Shown in pieces: positions 26,653-26,653 of a stretch of DNA of 26,653 nt. Position numbers and translations under genes: made by a program. The stretch spans positions 1 to 26,653 of the IMG/VR virus record IMGVR_UViG_3300025645_000384, one strand, 5' to 3'. The notes beneath the pieces were generated by a model. It was not told the origin of the DNA. It did no database searches and saw only the letters and a program-made list of their open reading frames with translations. How positions within the stretch are numbered: the stretch's first letter is position 1; every line of letters starts with the position of its first letter. Origin of the DNA: a virus. Lineage: Duplodnaviria > Caudoviricetes.

Positions 26653-26653
26653 T

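Noticed and set aside
1-26653. Stop-codon reassignment as in some crAss-like phages
   Set aside because: The standard code gives long, tightly packed ORFs, and TAG and TGA act as real stops (132, 21606, 21764).
1-26653. tRNA genes, integrase/att sites, introns or IS elements
   Set aside because: Intergenic gaps are short and explained by terminators, promoters or small ORFs; I saw no such signatures by eye.

Overview
The window is part of a lytic tailed-phage genome, most likely a podovirus of Bacteroidota (Flavobacteriia-like). Leaders are A-rich with no Shine-Dalgarno, and four intergenic TATCTTTG(C/T)A promoter cores match the Bacteroidota -7 element. The + arm (1-19406) is a virion module: end of the probable major capsid gene, a hypothetical protein, two ring/adaptor-like proteins, a GroES-like co-chaperonin, a 1388-aa nozzle/muzzle-like protein, a GNAT-like protein and three probable ejection proteins (204, 530, 3183 aa). 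The 3183-aa protein looks polyvalent, with GNAT-like, zincin (HETVH), unknown and HhH-GPD glycosylase-like modules. The - arm (19447-26653) holds the 3' part of a family A DNA polymerase, four nucleases, a polynucleotide kinase with a gutted phosphatase domain, membrane/basic proteins and four small ORFs missing from the track. The arms converge on a bidirectional terminator. Best leads: the giant protein's enzyme cargo, and a candidate ~65-nt sRNA that shares an 18-bp promoter block with, and is complementary to the leader of, a 44-aa membrane-peptide gene. All family calls come from motif recognition by eye, not database searches.
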